The notes beneath the pieces are model-generated. The model was not told the DNA's origin, made no database searches, and was given only the letters and a program-made list of their open reading frames with translations. A stretch of 64,000 nt of DNA from a bacterium (lineage in GTDB: Bacteria; JADJOY01), in NCBI GenBank assembly GCA_046331705.1, contig JAXLQJ010000023.1, positions 1 to 64,000 on the forward strand, given 5' to 3'. Positions 1 through 9,633 of the stretch are shown here, piece by piece. The position numbers were made by a program, and so were the translations under genes. Every line of letters begins with the position of its first letter. The stretch's first letter is position 1.

Positions 1-278
1 CCCGCCGGGCCGTGCGCGGCGGGAGCGGCGTGCATCCTCGTCATATCGCCGGGAAGCTCGGATTGGCACTGGGAGCGGATCGGGTGGACGGCGAGACCGC
101 GCAGGGTGGACGCGTGCCGCCTGCTCGCGTGCGCCGCGAGCAGCGCGTGCCGGAGCCCGACCTTCGCACCCACGAGAGGATCCAGATCGACGACGTTGAT
201 CTAGGATGGCGGGCGTCGCGCGCGCAGCCGTCGCACAACCTCGTGCAACGAAGAGTCCGCGCCACACCCGAGGCAACC

Positions 279-926
279 ATGGATCTCGCCACCATCGATG
301 AGCTTCTCACCACGACCCGCAGCGTGCGGCGCCGCCTCGATCTCACGCGCCCCGTCGAACGCGAGGTGATCGAGCGATGCCTCGAGATCGCCGTGCAGGC
401 GCCCACCGGCTCGAACGCGCAGGGCTGGCATTTCGTGGTGGTCACGGACGCCGAGAAGCGACGGGCGATCGGCGCGCTCTACGAGAGATCCTTTCGCGAC
501 TACGAGAAGCGCATGGCCGCGCAGAAGCTCGCCGCCGACGATCCGCGCGCCGCGCAGATGCCGCGTGTGTACTCGTCGGCGTCCTATCTCGCCGAGCACA
601 TGCACGAGGTGCCGGTGCTGGTGATCCCGTGCGTCGAGGGGCGCGTGGAGACCGGCCCGGTGGTGTTCCAGGCGTCGCTCTACGGCTCGATCCTGCCCGC
701 GGCGTGGTCGTTCATGCTGGCGCTGCGCGCCCGCGGAGTCGGCGCGGCGTGGACCACGCTCCACCTCGCGTACGAGAAGGAGATCGCCGCGCTCCTCGGC
801 ATCCCCGAGAGGTACACGCAAGCGGCGCTGCTCCCGGTCGCCTACTACACCGGTGACGGCTTCAAGCCCGCCGCGCGGCTGCCCGTCCGCGAACGCACGT
901 CGTGGAATTCCTGGGGCGCGCGCTGA
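279..926 (+). CDS. Nitroreductase family protein
   Basis: TTRSVRR, QAPTGSNAQGWHFVVV and LALRARGVGAAW motifs; ATG at 279 follows GAGG. Confidence 0.9.
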   Translation: MDLATIDELLTTTRSVRRRLDLTRPVEREVIERCLEIAVQAPTGSNAQGWHFVVVTDAEKRRAIGALYERSFRDYEKRMAAQKLAADDPRAAQMPRVYSSASYLAEHMHEVPVLVIPCVEGRVETGPVVFQASLYGSILPAAWSFMLALRARGVGAAWTTLHLAYEKEIAALLGIPERYTQAALLPVAYYTGDGFKPAARLPVRERTSWNSWGAR

Positions 927-996
927 CGGGCGCCCACGTCGTCGTCGGACGTCCGGTCGATCGGGCGTCCCGGAGCGCTCGGTCACGCCGCGCGCT

Positions 997-1848
997 TCAC
1001 GCGCGCGGCGGAAGCTCCGCGTGCTGCGGTAGGTCGTCGGCGATGTCGAACCATTCCGCTTTCGACGCCACGTGGATGTGGCCCACGGGACGAGCGCCGG
1101 GATCGGTGTCCAGGCTCCCCGCGGGGACGAGGTAGGTATCCCGCCCGCTCACGGAATGCGGCACCTGCGATCCGCAGCGCTTGCAGAAGGTCGCGCCGAA
1201 ATACTTCGCCTCCGGCAGGTCGAAGCGCGTCACCCGCGACTCGCCCGTCACCCACTGGAACTGCTCCGCCTGCACGAACGCGTTGGTGGCGTGCGCGGCG
1301 CTGCGCGAGCGCCGGCACCGCGAGCAATGGCAGTTCTGCATGAGCAGCGGCTTGCCGCGGTACTCGTACGTCACGTCGCCGCACAGACAGCTCCCCTGCG
1401 CGACGCCCGATTTGGGCATCACCTCGGGGCGCGGGACTCCCGGGATGTCGAAGGGCGGCGGAAAAGCCTGGTGCTGGGGGAGCGCATCCGCGATGCGGTA
1501 CCACGGCGCCTTCGACCCCACGAAGATGTGGCTCTGCGGTCGAATGCCGAGCTCGCCCGAGAGGTTCCCCGCGGGCGCGAACACCATTCCCATCTCCGCG
1601 GCGCGAATCGGCGCGACCGAGCCGCACACCGTGCAGAACGAGCGCTTGCCCTGCTCGGAGGAAACGTACTCGCCGAGCAACGCCTCGCCGGAGGTGAAGC
1701 GGAAGTTGGCGATCGGCGCGCTCACGAAGGTGGCGAACGCCGAGCCATGGTGCTTGCGGCACATCGAGCAATGGCAATGGGTCATGAACGAGTACGGCCC
1801 CTCCATCTGGTACTGGACCGCACCGCACAGGCACTTTCCCGTATTCAT
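997..1848 (-). CDS. Tandem GFA/CENP-V domain protein (two domains)
   Basis: Two copies of CLCG...CHCSxC...FCxxCGS...HIxVxSKAxW. Confidence 0.9.
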   Translation of the reverse strand: MNTGKCLCGAVQYQMEGPYSFMTHCHCSMCRKHHGSAFATFVSAPIANFRFTSGEALLGEYVSSEQGKRSFCTVCGSVAPIRAAEMGMVFAPAGNLSGELGIRPQSHIFVGSKAPWYRIADALPQHQAFPPPFDIPGVPRPEVMPKSGVAQGSCLCGDVTYEYRGKPLLMQNCHCSRCRRSRSAAHATNAFVQAEQFQWVTGESRVTRFDLPEAKYFGATFCKRCGSQVPHSVSGRDTYLVPAGSLDTDPGARPVGHIHVASKAEWFDIADDLPQHAELPPRA

Positions 1849-2137
1849 GGATCATCCCCTCGACAGACGCATCGTCGATGCGCTTTCGCTGACCCTACGC
1901 GATGCGCGGGTGCGGGCCAAGTCGAGCGACCCGCCAGCGGCCTCCTTGCCCGCTGCATCGCAGCATCCGCGCGCGGAATCCCCGGTGCGCCGCAGCCGTG
2001 ACCCACGCGCGCGCAGCTCGGCGCTCGGGGAGAGCGGAGCGCGACGATCGGCATGAGCCCGTAGAGCGCGAGCACAAAGTGCCGCACTCGCCTTCGATCT
2101 TCTCGCGGCGCCGGGCCGAACCAGCGCGCGCGGGCGC

Positions 2138-3361
2138 TCAGTCGAACGCGAAGGTGGCCTTCACGACGCCGGTGGCGTTCTTGTCGTACATCGCCACGAA
2201 CGCCTTGCCCCAATCGGCGAGCGCGTACCGGTGGGTGACGAGCGACGAGAGGTCGAGCCCGCGCCGCACCAGCTCCAGGTAGATCTCCATCGCGTGCAGC
2301 CGCTTACCCTCGAAATCCTCGGTGGCGAATGCGTTGCACCCGATCAGCTCGAGCTCCTTGAAGTAGCAGGGCGTCCACTCGAATCGCGCCGGCGCCTCGA
2401 CGCCGGTGACCACGATCTTGGCCCGGGTGCTGGTGAACCGGAACGCGGCTTCCACCGACGCCGGCGAGCCCACCGTGTCGTACACGGTGCCGGTGCCCTT
2501 CACGAGCCAGGGCAATCCCTTCCACGGCCGGTACGGTTGCACGCCGGTGAGCGCCGCCACGCGCTCGATCAGCTCGAGCGGTCGCGACGGCAGGATCTCC
2601 GAAGCGCCCAGCTCGCGCGCGCGCTGGGCTTGGTGCGGATGCCGCGCGATCGCCCACACCGCAATGGACGGATGGAGCTTCCGCACCGCGGCGACGGTCA
2701 TGAGGCCGAGGGTGCCGCAGCCGTAGACCACCACCGGCAGATCGCCCTGCGGCGGGTGGCGCAGGATCGCGTGGAGCTGCACCGAGAACGGATCGGAGAG
2801 CACCGCCTGGGTATCGGTCACCGCGTCGGGAACGGGAATGAGCTGCGACTCGTGAGCCGAGTAGTAGGGCGCGAAGGCACCGCCCACCGCCGAGCAGTTC
2901 CCCATGTGGATGCCCGCCGGGATGCGGCCCTCGGTGAAATGCTCGCAGAGCGAGTAGTCACCGTTCGCGCAATGCGGGCACGGCGGATGGATGCCGCGCG
3001 GCCCGCACGAGAGCCACGGGTTGAGCACCACGCGCTGACCGACGGCGAGCTTCTTGACCGCCGGCCCCACGCGATCGACGACGCCGATGCTCTCGTGGCC
3101 GAGGATGTGCGGGAACGAGATGACCGCCGTCATCGGGTTGTCGAACGATCCCTTGAGGAAGACCTGCTTGGCGTCGCTGCCGCAGATCCCGGTCAGCCGG
3201 TTCTTGACGAGCACCCAGTCGTCGGCGACCAGATTGGGCTCGGGCACCTCTTCGAGCTGCATCGGCGCCCAGCTGCCCACGAAGCCTTCGGGCGTGAAGA
3301 AGCTCGCGATCTTGGCGGCGGCGAGCTTCGGCATCGAGTAGCGGAAGAGCAACGCTTTCAT
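2138..3361 (-). CDS. Zinc-binding medium-chain dehydrogenase
   Basis: GICGSD, GHE, structural Zn cysteines (SC...CPHC...C), YGCGTLG Rossmann motif. Confidence 0.9.
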   Translation of the reverse strand: MKALLFRYSMPKLAAAKIASFFTPEGFVGSWAPMQLEEVPEPNLVADDWVLVKNRLTGICGSDAKQVFLKGSFDNPMTAVISFPHILGHESIGVVDRVGPAVKKLAVGQRVVLNPWLSCGPRGIHPPCPHCANGDYSLCEHFTEGRIPAGIHMGNCSAVGGAFAPYYSAHESQLIPVPDAVTDTQAVLSDPFSVQLHAILRHPPQGDLPVVVYGCGTLGLMTVAAVRKLHPSIAVWAIARHPHQAQRARELGASEILPSRPLELIERVAALTGVQPYRPWKGLPWLVKGTGTVYDTVGSPASVEAAFRFTSTRAKIVVTGVEAPARFEWTPCYFKELELIGCNAFATEDFEGKRLHAMEIYLELVRRGLDLSSLVTHRYALADWGKAFVAMYDKNATGVVKATFAFD

Positions 3362-3479
3362 GGAGAGCCTCGGGGAGGGGGAGGGGAAGCGTCGGAGACG
3401 AGCGCGGGACGAATGCTCACGAAGGCGATCGATCGTGCCGGCGCATCGGCGGGCGAGGGCGAAGACGGGAACGAGGCAT

Positions 3480-4598
3480 TCAGGCCCAGAGCAGCCAGCG
3501 GCGCACCACCACCAGCTCGAGCGCGACCTCCACCTTTCGCAGCGCTCGTTCCAGCCGTTGCACGCGATCGGCCTGCTCGGGGCCCAGCGCCGCGCGACCG
3601 GGGCCGTTGTCGCCGTAGAGCAACGTCACGCCGCCCCGTCGGGGGAAGATCGGCGCCACCACGGCGGTGTTGGGGCTCGCGCCGCCACCCAGCGCCGCCA
3701 GCAGCGATCCGTCCTCCACCGCGGCCCGCAGCGGCTCGTGCAACATCGCATGCTCGGTGAGCGCGCGCTCCGCCAACCCGCCGTCGAGCGGAATGGTCAC
3801 GCGCCGGAACGCGGCGGGGTCTGCCGCCGGGGCGTGGACGCGCACGCCGCGCAACGCGCCCCCGTGCAAGCGGAAGATCGCCACGCGCTCGAACCAGGTC
3901 CGCGCGTACTCGAGCAAGGCTTCGTCCACCTCCCGGCGACGCTCGGCGGCGGCGGCCTGCTTGGAGAAGGTGGTCTCGGCGTCGGGGGCGCGGCGGGCGA
4001 GCGGCAGCGCCTCCTCGAACCCGGCGTACGGGTCCTCCGGAGCGGCGAGCTCGCCGAAGTCGACGTCGCATTCGCGCTCGGCGAGCGGGTTGGCGTTCTC
4101 CGCCTCCACGCCCGCGCGGATGCGCGCCAGCTTCTCGATGCCCGCCGGCCGGTAGAACTCCGCGAACGTCGGCACGTCGTAGTGCGCTTCCAGGCCCTTC
4201 TTGATGACGAAATCCGGCATCGCCCGCACGCGGATGGAGCGCCCGGTGCGAAACGCCAGCTCGTCGATCGCCTTGAAGTTGGTGGGGTCCGCCATCGCGA
4301 CGGTGACGCCGCCGCGGTCCACCGTGAGCGGCAGCACCGTGTAGCGAATCGCGACGTCGCGGGGGATCGCGCGCAGCGCGTCCGGTCGCACGTGACCGAT
4401 CTGCTTCGGATCCGCCGCTGGCACCCCGAAATACTCGGAGAGATGCTGCGTCAGGGTGCCGGTGCTCAGGAAGCCGAGATCGACGAGGTTGTAGCCGAGC
4501 CGGCCGCCAAACAGGATCTGCGCTTCGAGCGCCAGCCTGAGCTGCTGCGAGTTGATGGCGCCTTGGGTGACCAGGTACTGGCCGAGGGGCATGCCCAT
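3480..4598 (-). CDS. MshEN/GspE N-terminal domain protein with no ATPase domain
   Basis: PLGQYLVTQGAINSQQLRLALEAQ and RLGYNLVDLGFL repeats, VAMADP motif; no Walker A; GAF-like C-terminus (LLYGDN). Confidence 0.75.
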   Translation of the reverse strand: MGMPLGQYLVTQGAINSQQLRLALEAQILFGGRLGYNLVDLGFLSTGTLTQHLSEYFGVPAADPKQIGHVRPDALRAIPRDVAIRYTVLPLTVDRGGVTVAMADPTNFKAIDELAFRTGRSIRVRAMPDFVIKKGLEAHYDVPTFAEFYRPAGIEKLARIRAGVEAENANPLAERECDVDFGELAAPEDPYAGFEEALPLARRAPDAETTFSKQAAAAERRREVDEALLEYARTWFERVAIFRLHGGALRGVRVHAPAADPAAFRRVTIPLDGGLAERALTEHAMLHEPLRAAVEDGSLLAALGGGASPNTAVVAPIFPRRGGVTLLYGDNGPGRAALGPEQADRVQRLERALRKVEVALELVVVRRWLLWA

Positions 4599-4815
4599 GA
4601 TGGCCTCACGAAACGCGCGCGGAGGGGGCGGGACCGTCACGCCCGGGTCGCGAGAGGACCGATTGTCGCGCGAACGCGCGGATCGACGCAACGAACTTTC
4701 GTCGTGTGCTCGGTGCCGCGCGCACGCGGCCCGCGGGTGCTTGTGACCCCATCGGACGTCGAGTAATCATCGACCTCGCCATTCGCTCGACCTCGTTCCC
4801 GGCTCTCGCTCCGCG

Positions 4816-5910
4816 ATGTCGCTCGCTCCCGTTTCCGCGATCCGCACGCCACCCAGCCCGCGCGCCGTCGAGCCGCGCGCGCGGCAGCTGCCCGCCGACG
4901 TCGAGCGCATGCTCACGTGGCTCCTCGCCGGGCCGGTGCGCGACGCCGATGGCTGCCTCAAGAGCTGGTGCGACGACGCGCGGCCCGGCTTCCGGTACGC
5001 CGAGGCGACCGGGTTCTTGGTCCGCGTGCTGCTCGATCTGCATCAACGGGCCGGCAGCGACGAGCTGTGCCGCGAGGCCCGCCGCTCGGCGCGCGCCCTG
5101 GTGAGCGAGCAGCACCCGTCGGGAGGCTTCGGGCGCGACGACGCGCTCTACAGCTTCGACTCGGGCGTGTGCCTGAGCGCGTGGCTGCGCCTCCTCGAGA
5201 TCGAGGGCGGCGCCGCGGACGCCGAGATCCCGGCCGCGGCGGCCGCGGCGGCGCGCTTCCTCGACGCGGCGGTGCGCGCGCGCCACGCGGCGCTGCGGGT
5301 CGCGGACGGCACGCCGATCGCGCCGGCGCGCTGGTCGCTCGCCTTCGGCCCGCACCAGCTCAAGGCGGTGCACGCGCTGACCCGCGCCGAGCGGCTCGGG
5401 CTCGCGCGCCGGGCGAGCGCGACGGCGCTCGCACCCACTCAGCGCATCGCCGCCGCTCACTGGCACGACGATCATTTCCACTGGAGCCCGTCGCACTGCG
5501 CGAGTTACGCCCATGCGCATTGCTACGCGCTCGAAGGCCTCCTCGCCCACCAGCGCGATGGCCTCGCGCCGCCGCGCGCACGCGCGATGCTCGCCGCCGG
5601 CGCCGACTGGCTGGCCCGCGTGCAATCGGCGAGCGGCGCCATCCCGAGCTGGCACGGGGACGCCGCGGAGCCGCCGCTGCATCCCGCGGATGCCACCGCG
5701 CAGGCGGTGCGCATCTGGGTGGTGGTGGATCGTGCGCGTCACGCCGCCGCGATCGAGCGCGCGCTCGCCTTCCTCGACAGCCTCACCGAGCCGGACGGCG
5801 GCGTGCGTTACGCCGCGTCGCGCCCCGAGCGATCGAGCTGGGCCACGCTCTTCGCCATTCAGGCCAAGCTGCTCGCGCGTCTCGGGCCGAGCGAAGACCC
5901 CATCGCATGA
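4816..5910 (+). CDS. Alpha/alpha-barrel protein (prenyltransferase/squalene-cyclase-repeat-like), function unknown
   Basis: QW-like repeats (LVSEQHPSGGF, WLARVQSASGAI, FLDSLTEPDGGV); YAEATG and HAHCYALEGLL motifs. Confidence 0.6.
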   Translation: MSLAPVSAIRTPPSPRAVEPRARQLPADVERMLTWLLAGPVRDADGCLKSWCDDARPGFRYAEATGFLVRVLLDLHQRAGSDELCREARRSARALVSEQHPSGGFGRDDALYSFDSGVCLSAWLRLLEIEGGAADAEIPAAAAAAARFLDAAVRARHAALRVADGTPIAPARWSLAFGPHQLKAVHALTRAERLGLARRASATALAPTQRIAAAHWHDDHFHWSPSHCASYAHAHCYALEGLLAHQRDGLAPPRARAMLAAGADWLARVQSASGAIPSWHGDAAEPPLHPADATAQAVRIWVVVDRARHAAAIERALAFLDSLTEPDGGVRYAASRPERSSWATLFAIQAKLLARLGPSEDPIA

Positions 5911-5932
5911 ACGATCTCGCACGGAGGGCCCT

Positions 5933-6262
5933 GTGCTGACACCCGGAGCGCTGTTCAAGATGGGAACCGAGATCGTCGCGGGGCTGCGCGAGATCCTGGT
6001 CGAGCTCAAGCACGTGCGCAGCACGATCGACGACGGTCTCGGCGAGCTGCTCGAGCAGATGCGCGTGTTCACCGAGCGCCTCGACGGCATGAGCGAGCAG
6101 ATCGACCGCGCGATGGCCATGGTGACCAGCGTCATCGAGGACGACACCGTCCTCGCCGACGACGCGCCGCCCGATCAGGTGCTGCGCCGCGCCGCCGCCG
6201 CGGCGCGCAAGGCGTCCCAGGGCGCGAGCCCGGCGCCGCGCCGCAAGTCGCGCAAGTCCTGA
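5933..6262 (+). CDS. Small hypothetical coiled-coil protein with basic tail
   Basis: GTG after GGAGG; GC-rich third positions; heptad-like helix; ends RRKSRKS. Confidence 0.6.
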   Translation: MLTPGALFKMGTEIVAGLREILVELKHVRSTIDDGLGELLEQMRVFTERLDGMSEQIDRAMAMVTSVIEDDTVLADDAPPDQVLRRAAAAARKASQGASPAPRRKSRKS

Positions 6263-6308
6263 CGCCGGTTCGCCCGCCGCGTGGGTGCGGCTCGGCGCGC
6301 TCGCCGGG

Positions 6309-6314
6309 TATGAT
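6309..6314 (+). promoter_or_regulatory. Candidate sigma70 -10 element (TATGAT)
   Basis: TATGAT about 40 nt upstream of the ATG at 6351; no clear -35. Confidence 0.3.
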
Positions 6315-6350
6315 GCGCGGGCCCTCCCGCTCGCACCGCCGCAGGTCCTC

Positions 6351-7169
6351 ATGCCCGATGTCGCGTTGATGTTCAGTGGCGGCGTGGACTCCACCATGGC
6401 CGCGGCGCTCCTCGCCGAGCGCTTCGACCGCGTTCACCTGCTCACCTACCACAACGGTCACGGCACCGCGTGGATGGGCCGGTCGGCGAAACGCGTGGAG
6501 GAGCTGCGCGCGCGCTACGGCGCCGAGAAGTTCACGCACACCCTCGACACCACCCAGGCGTTCATGCAGGAGGTGGTGACGGGCAAGCTGGTCGAGAACT
6601 ATCGCGAGTACGGCTCGGGCTTCATCTGGTGCATGGGCTGCAAGCTCGCCATGCACGCCCGCTCGGCCATCTACTGTCTCGACAACGGCATCCGCCACAT
6701 GGCCGACGGCTCCTCGGGATCCACCCAGGAGATGGTCGAGCAGATGGTGGTGAGCCTGTCGCTCGTCCGGCTCTTCTACGCGAGCTACGGCATCCAGTTC
6801 TTCACGCCGGTCTACGACATCCCGCGCGCGGAGGAGCAAGCGGAGCTCCGGCGGCGCGGATTCCGCATGGGTGTGCAGATCCTGGGACGGAACGTCGGCA
6901 TTCAGCCGCAATGCTACGCCGGCCTCACGTACTACGCGCCCTATCTGCTCTTCCACAAAGCACCCGATCACGAGGAGGCGAACGTGGCCCGTTTCATCCG
7001 CGACAAGAGCACCACCGCGCACGCCATCGTGGAGCGCTGGTTCCACGAGCGGGGCCGCGCCGTCCCCGAGCTCGAGCGCATCCCGCCGCTACCGTGGGAC
7101 GACGACCACGGCCCGATCCTCGCCGCGGGCGAGGACGGCGCGCGCGGCGTCGACGAGCGAGCTCCCTGA
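6351..7169 (+). CDS. PP-loop (N-type) ATP pyrophosphatase, QueC/TtcA-like superfamily
   Basis: N-terminal LMFSGGVDS PP-loop; internal CMGCK. Confidence 0.8.
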   Translation: MPDVALMFSGGVDSTMAAALLAERFDRVHLLTYHNGHGTAWMGRSAKRVEELRARYGAEKFTHTLDTTQAFMQEVVTGKLVENYREYGSGFIWCMGCKLAMHARSAIYCLDNGIRHMADGSSGSTQEMVEQMVVSLSLVRLFYASYGIQFFTPVYDIPRAEEQAELRRRGFRMGVQILGRNVGIQPQCYAGLTYYAPYLLFHKAPDHEEANVARFIRDKSTTAHAIVERWFHERGRAVPELERIPPLPWDDDHGPILAAGEDGARGVDERAP

Positions 7170-7594
7170 TGCCCTGTTGCGGCGGCAACAAGGGCGGCAA
7201 GCCGATCTCGCGTCTCCAGTACGCGCTCGGGCGCGTGATCTTCGCGGGAGTGCGGGTCACGCTCGGCGCCGCGCTCGCGCTCGCGGCGCGGCTCAGCCCG
7301 CGTTTCCGCGAGATCCATTCCTTCTGGACGCTGCTCTCCGCCGATTGGGAGCGCGCCATCGCGCGCCGCGAGGGAATCCTCTTTCACCACGAGATCCACG
7401 ACGCCTCGTGTCGCCTGGCGCCGCCGAGCCATCGCGACGCGACCGCCGGCGATGCGTCGTTCGGCGCCGACTGGGGCGACGACACGCTCCTCGCCGAGCC
7501 CGAGGTGCCCGCTGCGGTGCCCACGCCCGGCGCGGATCGCGATCCTCGGGACACGCGCCCGCGCGCCCTTCTCGAGCCCGCCCCCGTTGCCTGA
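7169..7594 (+). CDS. Small hypothetical protein starting MPCCGG
   Basis: TGATG overlap with the upstream stop; one hydrophobic segment; acidic/Pro-rich tail. Confidence 0.6.
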   Translation: MPCCGGNKGGKPISRLQYALGRVIFAGVRVTLGAALALAARLSPRFREIHSFWTLLSADWERAIARREGILFHHEIHDASCRLAPPSHRDATAGDASFGADWGDDTLLAEPEVPAAVPTPGADRDPRDTRPRALLEPAPVA

Positions 7595-8402
7595 CGCGAC
7601 GCTGCGCATCACCTGGATCCGCACCTCGACGCTCCTCGTCGAGGTGGGCGACTTCCGCGTGCTCACGGACCCGTGGTTCGGGCGGATCATGCGGGTGGTG
7701 CCGGTGTTCGCGGCGCCCGGCGTCGCGCTCGGCGAGCTGCCGCGCATCGACCTGCTGCTGGTGTCGCATCTTCACGCCGATCACTTCTCGGTCGCCGCCG
7801 CGCGCGCGCTGCGCGCCGCGAACCCCGGGCTGGCGGCGGTGAGCTGCCCGGGCTCGGCGGCCACCTTCGCGCGGGCCGGCGTGCCCGTGACCGAGCTCGC
7901 ACCTGGCGCCACCACGCGCGCGGGTCCGCTCACCCTGACCGCGACGCCTTGCTCGCACACCGGTCCGCCGCCGGCGGAGGTCAACTTCCTGGCGCGCTTC
8001 GCGGACACGACGTTCTTCTTCGGAGGCGATGCGCGGCTCTCGGACGCCTTCGCCGAGATCGGCGCGACGCAGCCGCCGGACGTGGCGGCGCTGCCGATCG
8101 GCGGCACGCGGATCTTCGGCCGTCGCACCACGATGGACCCCGGCGATGCGCTCGCGGCGGCGCGTGCGCTGCGCGCTCGCTTCGTGATCCCGATCCACGA
8201 GGGAGGTGAATGGATGCCGCTGCCGCCCGCGTCGTGGCATCCGGGCCGTACCCGCGCCTTCGAGCGCCTGTGCTGCGACCCCGTCCGCCACGCGGGCCCC
8301 ACCTGCGTGCGTCTCGAGCGCGGCGAGCGCGCCACCTTCACGGGTCACGGCCGGTCTCTCGCCCTCGCGAACGTCTCGCGATACGCGAGCTCGCCGGCGT
8401 GA
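7587..8402 (+). CDS. MBL-fold metallo-hydrolase (UlaG/RomA-like)
   Basis: VLTDPWF, SHLHADH, FFGGD, LPIGG, IPIH motifs; TTG start overlaps the upstream stop. Confidence 0.85.
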   Translation: MPDATLRITWIRTSTLLVEVGDFRVLTDPWFGRIMRVVPVFAAPGVALGELPRIDLLLVSHLHADHFSVAAARALRAANPGLAAVSCPGSAATFARAGVPVTELAPGATTRAGPLTLTATPCSHTGPPPAEVNFLARFADTTFFFGGDARLSDAFAEIGATQPPDVAALPIGGTRIFGRRTTMDPGDALAAARALRARFVIPIHEGGEWMPLPPASWHPGRTRAFERLCCDPVRHAGPTCVRLERGERATFTGHGRSLALANVSRYASSPA

Positions 8403-8487
8403 TCGCCCGGCGCGCGATCGCTCGGACCGCCGGCTCCGCGCCGGCCACGGGGAGCGCTTGGACAACGAGCGCGAACCGTGCGAGGAC

Positions 8488-9633
8488 ATGGGGCAGCGCG
8501 GATTCCGGCCTGCCCGCCTCGCGCCGCGCGCCCGCCTCGTGAAAGCTCCCGACGACGTCACTCGCGTCCTGGCGCGCGCCGCCGTTTCCGCGCCGCGCTT
8601 CGAGCCGATGGTGATCGTGGGCGCGGGATTCGCGGGCCTCGCCGCGGCCGCGGCGGCGCGCGAGCACGACGTCGACCCGCTGATCGTCGACGAGGGCGAG
8701 GCTGTCGGCGGCGCGTGGAGCCGCATGCCGCCGTCCATGCCGTGCATCTCGCTGCGCTTTCGCGATCGCTTGCCCGACGGCAGCTACCCCGACGGCCTCG
8801 GCGATCATGCCACCGCCGCGCAGGTGCGCGACGCGATCCAGAGCTACGCCGAGCGCTCGCATTTCCGCGTCGAGCTGGGCGTGCGCGTGATGGCCGCCGA
8901 GCAAGACGCCAGCACCGTGCGCGTGCGCACCACCGCCGGCGAGATCTCCACCGGCCACCTGGTGGTCGCCACCGGCGAGTACGGCTGTCCTCGCATCCCA
9001 CGCGGGCTTTCGATTCGCTTCGAGGGGGCGATTCAGCACTCGTCCGAGTTCCGCGCATCCACGGTGTTGCCGCACGAGCGCATCGTGGTGATCGGCGCCG
9101 GCAACTCGGGCGCGGAGGTCGCGCTCGCGGCGAGCGCGGCGGGCGCGCGCGTCACGCTCTGCAGCGCGCAGCCGTACGCTCGACCGCGCGGCGAGCCGCG
9201 CGGAGCCGTGTGGCAGGAGCTCGCGTGGCTGGGCTCGGGCATCCCCGTCGCCGCGCTACCGCGGCGCGGCGGCTGCCGCGCGCGCGTGCCGGTCGCCGGC
9301 GAGACGCTCTGGAACGCGGTCGAGCGCGGGAGCATCGCGCTGGTGGGGCGCGCGCTGGCGATCGAGTCGCGGGTGGTGCGGCTCGAGTCCGGTGAGGTGC
9401 GCGCCGCCGATCGCGTGGTGCTCGCCACCGGCTTCCGCCGCGACCTCGAATTCCTGGGCGACGCCATACGCCTCGACGCCGACGGGCTCCCGCTTCATCG
9501 CCACGGGCTCTCGCGCGATCTCGCCGGCGTCGCGTTCGTCGGCCTGCCGTGTCAGCGCACCCGGCGCAGCGGCTTCCTGCGCGGCTTCGCCGCCGACGCC
9601 CGCGCCGTCGTCGGCCGCATCCTCACCGGCTGA
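8488..9633 (+). CDS. Flavin-containing monooxygenase-like FAD/NAD(P)H oxidoreductase
   Basis: IVGAGFAG, VGGAW, VATG, FEGAIQHSSEF (FMO-like motif), VIGAGNSG, LATGF; start uncertain (8488-8608). Confidence 0.8.
   Translation: MGQRGFRPARLAPRARLVKAPDDVTRVLARAAVSAPRFEPMVIVGAGFAGLAAAAAAREHDVDPLIVDEGEAVGGAWSRMPPSMPCISLRFRDRLPDGSYPDGLGDHATAAQVRDAIQSYAERSHFRVELGVRVMAAEQDASTVRVRTTAGEISTGHLVVATGEYGCPRIPRGLSIRFEGAIQHSSEFRASTVLPHERIVVIGAGNSGAEVALAASAAGARVTLCSAQPYARPRGEPRGAVWQELAWLGSGIPVAALPRRGGCRARVPVAGETLWNAVERGSIALVGRALAIESRVVRLESGEVRAADRVVLATGFRRDLEFLGDAIRLDADGLPLHRHGLSRDLAGVAFVGLPCQRTRRSGFLRGFAADARAVVGRILTG

Noticed and set aside
1-44. Start of a divergent minus-strand gene (ATG at 44)
   Set aside because: Only 14 codons lie inside the window, so it cannot be supported
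6351-7169. Naming the PP-loop protein queC
   Set aside because: It lacks the C-terminal multi-Cys zinc motif and no queD/queE genes are nearby
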